From NCBI RefSeq assembly GCF_039654945.1, contig NW_027362050.1, positions 1,984,001 through 2,048,000 on the forward strand: DNA of 64,000 nt. The letters are read 5' to 3'. Positions 49,909 to 62,330 of the stretch are shown here, in pieces. Origin of the DNA: Dendrobates tinctorius (Eukaryota). Numbering within the stretch: the stretch's first letter is position 1; every line of letters starts with the position of its first letter. Below the pieces are notes generated by a model, which worked only from the letters and a program-made list of their open reading frames with translations, searched no databases and was not told where the DNA came from. The position numbers were made by a program, and so were the translations under genes.

Positions 49909-52124
49909 TCTATAATATAACGCTGTAAGCGTCACTCTGTCCGAAGCCTTTATAGACTACGCAAGCGCGACACGCCTGCGCAGTCTGGCTCCAGACAGAA
50001 TGAGGCATCTAGCGGTGAGGAGTGTGTATGGCGCCGGAGATGGCGGTACCGTACACACTGCATACAGTCAATCTCTGACGCCATACTTACATACCTGAGC
50101 GGGAGGAGCGTTGCCGCGGCGCTTCTCTTCGGCTGGAGACCGGGGTAGGAGTGCGGCCGGAATCGCGCATGCGCGATCCGGCGCCATTTTACTGAAGACA
50201 CGCTTGCAGTGTGTCTTCAGCAATATGGCACCGGACAGCGCTATGCGCATGCGCGATTCCGGCCTCACTCCTGCCCCGGCCTCCAGCAGAACGTGACAGT
50301 GCTGGAGCACAGGAAAGAAGGGTGAGTATAAATGTTTTTTTTTTTTTTTTGGATGTGTGTAGTTTTAATAGGAGTGAGGGGACCATGCATGCCAGGATAG
50401 GGGAGGTGAGGTAGCCATGCATACCAGGATTGGGGAGTGAGAGGGCCATGCATACCAGGATTGGGGGGTGAGGGGGCCATGCACGCCAGGATAGGGGAGG
50501 GGTGAGAGGACCATGCATACCAGGATTGGGGGGTGAGGGGGCCATGCATACCAGGATTGGGGGGGGTGAGAGGACCATGCATACCAGGATTGGGGGGTGA
50601 GGGGGCAATGCATACCAGGATAGGGGAGGTGAGAGGGCCATGCATACCAGGATTGGGGGGTGAGGGGGCCATGCATGCCAGGATAGGGGGATGAGGGGGA
50701 CCATGCATACCAGGATTGGGGGTGAGGGGGCCATGCATACCAGGATAGGGGAGGTGAGAGGGCCATGCATACCAGGATTGGGGGGTGAGGGGGCCATGCA
50801 TGCCAGGATAGGGGGGGTGAGAGGACCATGCATACCAGGATTGGGGGTGAGGGGGCCATGCATACCAGGATAGGGGAGGTGAGAGGGCCATGCATACCAG
50901 GATTGGGGGGTGAGGGGGCCATGCATGCCAGGATAGGGGGGGTGAGAGGACCATGCATACCAGGATTGGGGGGTGAGGGGGCCATGCATACCAGGATTGG
51001 GGGATGAGGGGTACCATGCATACCAGGATAGGGGGGTGAGGGGACCATGCATACCAGGATTGGGGGGTGAGGGGGCCATGCATACCAGGATTCGGGGATG
51101 AGGGCTACCATGCATACCAGGATAGGGAGGTGAGGGGACCATGCATACCAGGATAGGGGGGTGAGGGGGCCATGCACACCAGGATAGGGGGGGGTGAGAG
51201 GACCATGCATACCAGGATTGGGGGGTGAGGGGGCCATGCATACCAGGATTGGGGGGGGGTGAGAGGACCATGCATACCAGGATTGGGGGGTGAGAGGGCC
51301 ATGCATACCAGGATTGGGGGGTGAGGGGGCCATGCATGCCAGGATAGGGGGGGGGGTGAGAGGACCATGCATACCAGGATTGGGGGGTGAGGGGGCCATG
51401 CATACCAGGATAGGGGAGGTTAGAGGGCCATGCATACCAGGATTGGGGGGTGAGGGGCCCATGCATACCAGGATTGGGGGATGAGGGGTACCATGCATAC
51501 CAGGATAGGGGGGTGAGGGGACCATGCATACCAGGATTGGGGGATGAGGGGTACCATGCATGCCAGGATTGGGGGATGAGGGATACCATGCATACCAGGA
51601 TTGGGGGATGAGGGGTACCATGCATACCAGGATAGGGGGTGAGGAGACCATTCATACCAGGATTGGGGGATGAGGGGTACCATGCATGCCAGGATTGGGG
51701 GATGAGGGGTACCATGCATGCCAGGATTGGGGGATGAGGGATACCATGCATACCAGGATTGGGGGGTGAGGGGCCCATGCATACCAGGATAGGGGGTGAG
51801 GAGACCATTCATACCAGGATAGGGGGGTGAGAGGGCCATGCATACCAGGATTGGGGGATGAGGGGTACCATGCATGCCAGGATTGGGGGATGAGGGATAC
51901 CATGCATACCAGGATAGGGGGTGAGGGGACCATACATGCCAGGATAGGGATGAGGGAGTACCATGCATACCAGGATTGGGGGATGAGGGGTACCATGCAT
52001 ACCAGGATAGGAATGAGGGGTGCCATGCGTACCAGGATAGGAGGGTGGCAGCACATAGCAGGATTGGAGACCATATACCAATAAAAATGCTCGCCACCCA
52101 GGCGTAGAACGGGTTCATAGCTAG
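49909..52124 (+). mobile_element. Non-autonomous Helitron filled with a G-rich minisatellite
   Basis: A|TCTATAATATAA start, CTAG|T end, subterminal hairpin accc...gggt, no TSD. Confidence 0.85.
50370..52070. repeat. About 31-32-bp G-rich minisatellite
   Basis: Unit ccatgcataccaggattggggggtgaggggg. Confidence 0.96.
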
Positions 52125-53019
52125 TAACATATATTTGGGGCTGTTGAGAATATACTGTATGGGCGGCTCAGGGCTGTGGTGACCATCTTACTATGTAGGA
52201 GGACAGTGTGGGGAGGTGGTACAGTTTAGAGAGGACAACAATGGGGGCAGGATGAGGTCATAGTGTGAAAAAGGGACATAGTATGAATATGGAGAGGAGG
52301 GCAGTGTGAAATGGGGTCACAGTATGGAGAGAGATTACCATGGAGGGGGGACAGTGTGGAGCAATAGAGAATGTAAGGAAAAACAGTGGAGAACAGACAG
52401 CCATGGTATAGGCTGTGGATCATAAGGGCAGACAGTGTGGTGGTTATAGCTGATAAAGGCAGACAGTGGGGCGGTTATGGCTGATAATATCAGAAATTAG
52501 GGAGGGTATACCTCATTAAGGGGGACAGTGTGGCAGGTGGAACTCACAAGGGCAGACAGTGTGGAGGCCATATACCATAGGAGGCTAATTTAGGTCATAA
52601 TATGGACAGGTATTTTTATGTAGAGGGCATTTTAATAACACTCTTATTTTTAAGAGCACCGTGTCGGGATGTGCTGCATAAGACTAGAAAAGAAGAAAGT
52701 TTGCAGAAAAGAGCTGTGGATGCGAAAAGTCATCATAGCATCTGGACAAGATGGAGAAGAAAAGAAAGAAACTACTCAGAGAAGATGTCACATATAAAGT
52801 ACCTGGATGTAAATGCTTACTTGTTGATACGGACTACGTCTCATCAGTATTGTTTTTCTTGTATGGTTCACAGTCTGATAATGACTGATAGCAACAACTC
52901 CCAGCATCTCCTTAGTATTGTTAAGGAAATACTGAGAGTTGTAGGTTCATGTGATACAATTGTATATGGGCCTGACTTGACATTACAATTCATTGCTGTG
53001 CTAAGCTTGGTGATATATT

Positions 53020-53530
53020 CATGCACTGATGGTGGTTCTAGTGACGTATTCATGTACTGATGATGGTACTGGTGTTGTATTTATTTACTGACCGTGGTTC
53101 TTGTGATGTATTCATGTACTGATGGAGGTTCTGATGATGCATTAATATACCAATTGTGGTTCTGATGATGCATTTATCTACTGATGGAAGTTCTGGTGAT
53201 GTATTCCTGTACTGATGGTGGTTCTAGTGACCTATTAATTTACAGATGATGATTCTGGTGCTGTTTATGCACTGTTGATGGCTCTGGTGATGTATTCATG
53301 TATTGATGATGGTTCTGGTGATGAATACAGCACTCCAGAATCATCATCACTACGTGAATAAATCACCAGAGCCATCAATAGTACTTGAATTCAGCACCAG
53401 AACAACTATCACTACACGAATACCACCATCAGTACAGGAATACGAGACCAGAACAATCACTACACGAATACTTTACCAGAACCACTATCCATACAGGAAT
53501 ATGCACCAGAACCACCATCAGTGTTGTCAC
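53020..53530. repeat. Degenerate 31-bp tandem repeat that switches orientation near 53325
   Basis: gtactgatggtggttctggtgatgtattcat units, followed by accagaaccaccatcagt units. Confidence 0.7.
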
Positions 53531-54929
53531 AAACTGTATTTGTTGCATGACAGATATAAAAACTATCATACATATCCCTTTATAATGGTGTCTGTTTAGC
53601 TTCCACTGGGGTTTCTGCTAAATGCCACACCCCTTAATTGAAGCCAAATGGCACCCATTATAGTTAAGTAATATTAGTATCCATGACTGTGCGTCGGTAT
53701 GACATTTAAAATATAGGATGTCAGGGATTAATAGCGCTATTTTTCCTTGGTATTGTGTAAATGGTTTGAAAGCGATGAATGATTCCATAGCCATATAACG
53801 GAAACTCCCCAGTGTGCCTCACCTCTAAAGTACACAGCTTTTTTATTTATTTCTGGTATTTTTTGAAGATTTTTTTCACTTTTGGTGAAACGGGTAACAA
53901 TTCTAGTGGAAGTAGTCAGAGCTTGTTACCTGACTCATCGGGGGGGGAGGGGAGCGCGTTAGGGGTCCTTTTACCTTAGTCTCTGACCCATTCCTTACAT
54001 GGGGGCTGAGGGTTCATGTGAGTTGGCGCCATCGCCTTCATCTGCCTCGGGCACCAAAATACCTTGTCCCGGCCCTGGGTTGAAGGCATCGCAAAATGGC
54101 ATCTGGGGCCACAGATGTCCCCCTGAGCTTATGTATTATTATACTTTCTTTTTCGTTATACAGTACTTTCAGAATAACATAGAGGTTTTAATCCGAGAGC
54201 AAATATGTCTTCATAACTTCCGAAAATGTAACTTTGGGTGGTAGGGAATGCCTTTCATGTACTTCCCAACCTAAAATGTGAGTGTGCTTTTTCTGCTCAC
54301 CTTCCTGGCCTCGTAGAATACCAGTATATTTTACCTTTTTGAGCCGGATTTCTTCACTTCGCCCTCCTGGCCTCGTAGAATACTATTATATTTTACTTTT
54401 TCAGTCTGATTTCTTCAGCTCGCTCCTTGATTTCCCGGTTCCAACCAGAAAGGTCAACTTTCTTCTTACACATAGGGAAAACTTCTAATGTATAGCCTTC
54501 GTTTTACAAAAAAAATTGTCAGCCGACATCACTGCCTTAATTTCGCCACAATTCATCTGAATTCACACTCTGTTACTATAGTAACCGCACAAAGGGTTTT
54601 GATTAATTGCATACAGTCAGTGGATGAAGCTTTAACAGGCTTACCTTTCTATAATTTATGCCATGGCATGCCACAAGCGGGGAATTGTCTGCCATGCACA
54701 GCGTATGACAAAAGCAAACAAAAGCCGTGCAAACATAATGCCCCCGTCCAAGCAGGCGGCCTTGCTTCTGTATTAATATATTTTTGTGACAGCTACAATG
54801 AAGGAGATATTAATACAAAATTTCACATTTTCTGCTCAAAATCCCTTTATTTGCCCTCTCAGCGTCAAGTTCAGAGCCATAATATTAAAAAAGGACCAAG
54901 GACGTTCATTCCCACAGGGTCACGTTCTG

Positions 54930-55346
54930 TTAAGGGAATTTTTCAGTAGTTTTAATTTTTATATTTAATCTAAGAGGGGCATAATATAGAGATCCTGATT
55001 CCAGGGATGTGTCACTTATTAGTGTTTTATCAGCAGCAGGAGATTATCACTGCCTGACCAGGTCTCGCATGAAGGCCAGTCAGGGTCATCTGTGTAACCC
55101 CGCCCACACCACTCATTGGCAGCTTGCTGACTGTGTACAGGGGAAGCAGCCAATCAGGGGTGTGGGCAGGGTTATACAGAGCTCAGCTGATCACTGCTAC
55201 ATCTACAGCAGAGAAAACAAGGGATTCCATCAAACCTACAGCAAGCAGCCCAGTAAGTGATACATCCCTGGAATCATGATCTCTATCCCTACATCCTGCT
55301 GTTCTCAGATTAAATAGCAAAAATCCTGCTAACAAATTCACTTTAT
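54930..55346. mobile_element. Kolobok/T2-like MITE
   Basis: ttaagggaat...attcacttta ends; internal inverted segments (gattccagggatgtgtcactta / taagtgatacatccctggaatc). Confidence 0.55.
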
Positions 55347-55959
55347 TAGCATCATTAGGAGCAAATTAGTTCAGGCAATAAAAATATAATTATAAACGTA
55401 ACTATATAAATACATGTACTTGGGCTTATGTCTTTATTGAAATCTCAGTACTGTTTAGTACCTGTACATTCAATTTATTTATTTATTTCTTCCATCATCC
55501 ACAGCAGAGATTGCTAATTATTCCTCATCTATGAGGTTTCTTTAATAAGCTTGTCCAGCAAAAAAAATAAAAAAATAAAATATAAATTGGCCTTAAAAAG
55601 AAAGTTACTTTGGATGTGGGCCCCCTTATCTCTTGGGCCCCTGTGCAGTTGCATCAGTTTTATGTCTGATCATCAGATATTCCCTGAGGTCCTGTGTTCA
55701 AAATATCCAATTCCGGGCTTTCTTGTGCCCAGACCTATGAATAAAAGGGGCTGGCTGACTGACTGCTTATTTCTGTAGCCAATCCAACCCCCTTCTTTGC
55801 CTATGTATTTGGCTGAGACTGATGTAGCTACGGTATGTTATGCAGTGGAGCTGAGCTGCAATACTAGACACAGCCATTCAGCCATGCACACGTTTTAGAA
55901 ATAGCAGCCATATTTTTCTAATCTTCTGCAACCCTTTTAACACAGGAAGTTACTTGCTA

Positions 55960-56883
55960 TGTCCACCAAACTGGTTATTACGTCATCTGCACCTCAAAAA
56001 CATTTCTAGAATTCGACCTTTTCTTACTTTTGAGTCTGCAAAAACTCTTACTGTTTCTCTTATTCATTCTCGTCTCGACTATTGTAACTCTCTTCTAATC
56101 GGTCTCCCTCTTACCAAACTCTCCCCTCTCCAATCTGTCTTGAATGCTGCAGCCAGGAACATATTCCTCACCAATCGTTACACCGATGCCTCTACCTTGT
56201 GCCAGTCATTACACTGGCTACCCATCCACTCCAGAATTCAGTATAAACTTATTACCCTCACCCACAAAGCCCTCTATAGCTCAGTACCACCTTACATCTC
56301 CTCCCTTGTTTCAGTATACCACCCTACCCGCGCCCTCCGTTCTGCTGATGACCTGAGGTTAGCATCCTCAATAGTCAGAACCTCCCACTCCCGTCTCCAA
56401 GACTTTACACGTGCTGCGCCAATTCTTTGGAATGCACTTCCCAGGTCAATACGATTAGTCCCCAATCCCCACAATTTTAAGCGTGCCCTGAAAACGCATT
56501 TATTCAGACTGGCCTATCACCTCAACACATTAACCTAACCTATCCCTGTGTGGCACAGCCAAAGTTTTTACCATAACCAGGTTCCCCGCATCATGTTCCC
56601 ACATGCTTTAGGCATCCATTAGCCCTCTGTGTCTGTACTGTTACACACTTAACATTATGGCTGGTCCATACAATCAGGGCAACTGTTACCACCCACATTT
56701 CGTGTCTACCTCTTTCCTCATAGACTGTAAGCTTGTGAGCAGGGCCCTCATTCCTCTTGGTATTTGTTATGATCTATGTTATTATTGTTATGCTGTAATG
56801 TCTATAGTCTGTACAAGTCCCCTCTGAAATGTAAAGTGCTGCGGAATATGTCGGCGCTATAGAAATAAAATTTATTATTATTA
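55960..56883 (+). mobile_element. 5'-truncated L2/CR1-clade LINE (ORF2 C-terminus, 3'UTR and tail)
   Basis: HLKNISRIRPFLT...SRLDYCNSLLIGLP...LHWLPIHSRIQYK...FTRAAPILWNALP; ends aataaa plus (tta)n. Confidence 0.9.
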
Positions 56884-58314
56884 TGTGGGTAAACTCAAGC
56901 CAGATATTACATTTGCATGGAAGTTACATTTTCAAAGATGAAAAGAACAGGGTCTCTAATTCTACCTATTGGAGGTAGCAATCCTGAAAATCCATATTGA
57001 CTCCTTTAAAGCATAAAAATACGTTTTTTGTTTTTTTATTTTAGGCAGCTATCCTCCAGCCTTTGCAAAGTCAGGAATTTTTGTAGTATAATTCATTATC
57101 TTATTTTGCTTCCTTCTCTCCCAAACACTATGCTGCAGTGATGTTTCACATGACCACTTCATGCTTCTTTAGAAGCTGCTTTCACCTGCTGCTTAGCAAA
57201 GATCTCTATGCTATTTACAAAAAATCAGAGTAGTGGAATTTCCTTATCTGAACCTTTCCAGTCCAGTCCCCCTACCCAGACAGGAGAATTATTGTGCTGT
57301 TTAGAAAATAGGGTACATCTTTATTGAGCAGCAGCTAAAAGCAGCTTCTAAACACAAACTGACTATGTAATACATCACTGCATCATGGTGTAGTGTAGGA
57401 AGCAAAATAAGATAATGGAGTATATTATAAAAATGTATAACTTTGCAATGCCTGGAGGATAATTAAAAAAAAAAAAAAAAGTTATTTTGTAAGAGCCTTA
57501 TTGAATGATATAGCATAGAAAGACTATACCCAGTGCACAGTTCACAAAACGACCTACAGTCTCAGATATAAAAAAAACCCAAAAAACAACTTATCGTCAC
57601 TTCCAAACAGAAATCAGGTGTAAACAGGTGCTTAATAAGAGTAGCCCTCTCCATATATAACCAACAAATAAAGTAGCACTCTAGCACTATAGCATGCAAT
57701 GATGGGAAGAGAAGGATTCAGTCTGTTGATTTTCAGTGGTCAATCTTTTTGTTTGGCACAGAGATATACTGTGTCCAGAGGAATCTGACAGCAAGAGAAC
57801 AAAGGGCGTTTGGCCGAGCCAAGATGGCTATTTGCCAAACGATCGACAAGCTTTACCGCCATGTTTAACCCCACAGATTACTGCTGATCCCTGGAGAGTC
57901 TAAAAAGTTGGACACTTTTCAAGGACACTATCAAAGAAATAGGGATTGTCCTGGAGGCAAAGTGCTATTTTCATGGTAGATATAAGGATAGGTTAGAGTG
58001 CATGGTCACGGCTTAGCTTTTTTGTATATTCAGCTTTTTTGGAAGCAGAAATACATTGAGTGTTATGAATAGAAGCAAAAATAGTCGGTCACTTCTGAGA
58101 TGAATGCCATTAGCAGATATACAGAACCACGCACAGCGCTGTATACTTTTTTGCCCATGGTTGCGTATTCTGCTGGACATTTTGGTTCCACCAGCATGGA
58201 GGATTTGCTGGACCACATTTGTCGGGATGACAGGAGGTCACAGACGGACGTTGCTTCACCAACTTGTTTAGGAAATAAAAGGTGAGCTTTGATTGATTGC
58301 AGAGGGCAACAAGG

Positions 58315-58991
58315 TGTTAGCACCACGCCGGATCCCTGCTCCGACAGGCAGGGTCCCCAGCGTGGCATTTCTCTCACCCACGCTGCGGCCGGTTCCTCTC
58401 TTCTTCATGCTCTGCGTGCTCCCAGCAGCACTTCCAGCCAGACCTCTAACTGTGGCCTTGAGGCACGCGTGCGCGCTCCCGACCCTTACCTCTTAAAGGG
58501 CCAGCGCGTGCACTTGCTATTTCCTCCCCAGCCAATGGTTGAGAGGCATTATGTATATATTGCTTCCTCTCTACTGGGGAGGTGCCTGAGCAACCTTCCT
58601 GTTTTGCAGTTTAAGTTGTGTGAGGTTGCATGCCAGTCCCTGCTGCACTCTGGTGCAAATCCCGCCTGCTGCACTCTGGTGCAAATCCTGCCTGCTGCAC
58701 GCTGATGCAGATTCTGCCTCCTGCACTCTGATACAAACACTGCCTCCTGCACTCTGATACAAACTCTGCTGCACTCTGATGCGAAGTCTGTCTGCTGCGT
58801 TCTAATACAAACTCTGCCAGCTGCACCCTCCAGTCTGTACTCTGGGTCCAGCTGCTGCACGTCCGTTGGCGTTCATCGGGAGCCAAGTCTAACCTCACCA
58901 TCAGAGCCTCTAGTGAACAGTCAGGTGTTCGCTTAGTCACGCCCCTCCAGGCTCTCCACGGTCCGTGGTTCCACAAACCATGTCGATGACA
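58315..58991. mobile_element. Probable solo LTR with internal short repeats
   Basis: TG...CA; flanks caagg/aaagg; repeats ctgctgcactctg. Confidence 0.5.
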
Positions 58992-59309
58992 AAAGGACAG
59001 ATTTTCTGTTTGTTTTGGATGAATGAGACCCGGTGCGTCTGATCTATAGATGGCATTATTCTTCAATAAGAGCCGTCTCATTATCCCTGATGATTTTGTT
59101 ATATCAAAGATCATTTAAGTGTTTCTTGCAGACAAAAAAAAAAGACCGATCGATTTTCATCAGTGTTGTGCACCAGGTTCTCATCAGTGTTTTGTCCCTG
59201 TGTTGGTTTTAACGATCACTAATTTTTTTTCTCCTATGCCAAGAAAACAAGTGAAAAGCTAGTAGAAGCCATTATGATATTAAAAACGGACAGCGTGGAG
59301 ATTGCACAT

Positions 59310-60291
59310 TAGGGTGACCGCAAAAAATCGATGTCGGAATTTTGTCCGTCTGGACCCCACAAAACGATTCCCCTTTCCAGATATTGAGATAGCCAAAATT
59401 TGAGCTCGATCAAATGACGTTAACCCGTGCCGCTCGTCGCTCAAAGTTTGAAAAAATCCAAATTGAGGTATTTTAAGATTTAGGTATTTTGCATAGTCTG
59501 TTAGACTATAAAGAATGTGACAACAACATTGCAGAAATAGCCCTGACCAAATTTTCGAACCATTTGTGGTATTTGAATGCAGAGTTGGTGGGATTATCGT
59601 TTTTTGATCCCACCATTACAGACAATGAAAAGTTGTTAATGGCTAATAAATTGCTCAGTAGCACAGATGAACCATCAGAGCACGCTAGGGTTGTAAATCC
59701 AAAAGTTAGGAAAGAAAAATTAAAAGAGGTAGGAAGTAACCGACTTTAACGACCTTCTGACAAAAGATGAAGAACAAAAGCAATATGTCCTGCAAGTTGT
59801 AAGCAAATGCCGAGCATTATATTCTGACGTTTCAAAAACTACTTTAACAAAAGCTCTAGAATAGATTAGATAACTATGTAAAATTATCAACTCATGTAGG
59901 TTAGCGTGCTCTGATGGTTCATCTGTGCTACTGAGCAATTTATTAGCCATTAACAACTTTTCATTGTCTGTAATGGTGGGATCAAAAAACGATAATCCCA
60001 CCAACTCTGCATTCAAATACCACAAATGGTTCGAAAATTTGGTCAGGGATATTTCTGCAATGTTGTTGTCACATTCTTTATAGTCTAACAGACTATGCAA
60101 AATACCTAAATCTTAAAATACCTCAATTTGGATTTTTTCATACTTTGAGCGACGAGCGGCACGGGTTAACGTCGTTTGATCGAGCTCAAATTTTGGCTCT
60201 CTCAATATCTGGAAAGGGGAATCGTTTTGTGGGGTCCAGACGAACAAGATTCTGACATTTTTCCCCCCCCATATGAGATCCGGTCACCCTA
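59310..60291. mobile_element. Fold-back hAT-superfamily (hATm-like) element with transposase fragments in both arms
   Basis: TIR TAGGGTGACCG / CGGTCACCCTA; perfect 8-bp TSD TTGCACAT (59302-59309, 60292-60299); arms at about 59335-59688 and 59902-60262; peptides KFSNHLWYLNAELVGLSFFD and LTKDEEQKQYVLQVV. Confidence 0.85.
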
Positions 60292-60510
60292 TTGCACATG
60301 GATGACTTCTGTATGGGTGATTTTAATCCATGACTGGGATGACAATTTTTCTTTGAAGACACACAGTCCAGAAAAATACGTGGACATTACGTGGACATGT
60401 GAACAGCTTCTTAGACTACAAAGGGTACATGTTCTATCTGTGAAAAACATTATTCTATAGTGCCAAAATTAATAAGAAAAGTTAAAAAATGTCACATGAT
60501 TACAGCAAGT

Positions 60511-60553
60511 CTCTAACGCGTTTCGGGTGCAATAGGGTTCCCTTAGTAATAGA
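60511..60553 (-). other. Variant hammerhead-like motif in a probable Penelope-like remnant
   Basis: TCT ATTACTAA GGG...CCC GAAA CGCG TT AGA: stems and GAAACGCGT present, but the CUGANGA box is replaced. Confidence 0.4.
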
Positions 60554-62029
60554 ATTCATTGCACTGTGGTATTTGGTGACATGCTACATGGTGATGCTGG
60601 GAACTCGAAAACCTTCCTCACTCTATCTGTATGGTTTTACATTGGTATGTTGTTACTCTGGTTTAGTGCTTTTTGATCAACAGTTCTTATCTGTATTTGG
60701 TTTTCTCCTAAGGATAGGGAATTTTAGGGTATCCTAGGGGCATCCGTCGGTGAGCGGCGGCGCCATATTGCGTTCAAGTTATGGTGCCAGCCTCCGCAGA
60801 CAAGTAGGGGCTCCAATAGGGAGTTATAGGGCAAAATAGGGTGCTTAATGTTTTATGGTTAGTTATCATATTTTGACCACATGGTGGCCTGGAAAGGTGT
60901 TAATAGTTAGATTGTTTGCTGTGTTTAATTTTTAACAAATTTAAATAAAAGGTGATTTTAAGGTTTTTGTTTTTTCTTGTGAGCCAAATTTTTTTTTCTT
61001 AAACCTCCGAGTGTATTTGATGCCGGGGACTCGCCAACTTCCGTGCAGTATATAACCCCCTCTGTAATACACAGGTGCAGAGTCCAATCACCATGGATTA
61101 AATGATCGGGCCAAAAGTCGAAATTCTCTGTAATAAAGTTGAATGCAATATGTCGGTTTTGTGTGACCGTAACCGTACGGTGCCTCCAGATTTCATGCAG
61201 ATCACAGCATGCCAGATTGGCTCCGTAGTGCAGAGCCGCACGGAACACTGTGCAAATTTGCCATTCAAATCCTTAGCACACCTATGATTGATCCATTTCT
61301 TGTTGTGACTTGTGGAAAAGACAGAAGGAAGAAATTGTTTCACGTACGACTGGCCTGATAATAATTTAACCCTTTAAAGGAATTGCGTGGTTTAGAAAAT
61401 CAAGTTTTACGTTCTCCTATACAATATTTTATCTGTATAGATTAGTGTACCTAAATTAGCTAAAGCAGACTGAAAACGTACCTTCCAGTTTGAGGGAAGG
61501 TGGACACATCAATAGACAAGTTCAAATAAGCAGTATGCAATACTTCCTTTTCCCTGTGGTGGCGCTGCAAGCAAATTGAACAGCTGCTGTCAGGTTCCCT
61601 CGCAGAGCTGATTGATGATTGAGACAACCCGCCATCATCTTTGGGCTTATCAGTCGTGTATGTGCTCATATAAACAGTTATTTTGTTTGTATTTATATAG
61701 CGACAACTTATTCCATAGCACTGTACAATACGTAGGAAACATGTACATATTAACCTATAAGAAGTGATAAAAAAGGCAAGAAGTTCCATTCCATGGTCTG
61801 GTCATATTTTATAAAACTGCATCAGCTGGTCACTAGTTGGTATCTGTGTATATAGAGACAGAAGTGCTACTGAATGCCTTGAAGGTGTAGGACACTTCAA
61901 AAAAAGGACCATATGTTGAGAAAAAAATTTGGAAAGGTGGAAATGGAAAAGAGATAGGTCGAGGCCTGAAAAGATTTCTATTTAGGGCACTTTTTTAAAA
62001 CTGTGGCTGTGGGAACTTAACCAAATTAG

Positions 62030-62330
62030 CTAAGGTAGTACATTCTAGAGAACTGGTGCAGCACGAGAAAAGTCTTAGATGTTAGTCATAGATCATTAGT
62101 TGAATGGAGAGCACAAGTAGGGTGGTAGAGAGAGAAGAGGGAGGAGCTCTAAGTAGGCGCAACACTGGAGAGCTTTGTGTGATAAGTTTAGTGGTGGGTA
62201 ACCAGTGAAATGACTGGACAGGTTGAAAGCATTGGTGTAGTGGCTGGACTGAAATACGAGCCTGACTGCTGCATTCAGGATAGTTTGGAAGGGGGAGAGT
62301 TTACTGATGGGAAGAATTGTTTTACATCTG
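62030..62330 (-). mobile_element. Old L2-type LINE fragment
   Basis: LPISKLSPFQTILNAAVRLVF resembles LPLTKLSPLQSVLNAAARNIF of 55954-56538. Confidence 0.7.

Noticed and set aside
50189-52130. Long Pro/His-rich ORFs (up to 539 aa)
   Set aside because: Translations of the 31-32-bp minisatellite, open in several frames; not a gene.
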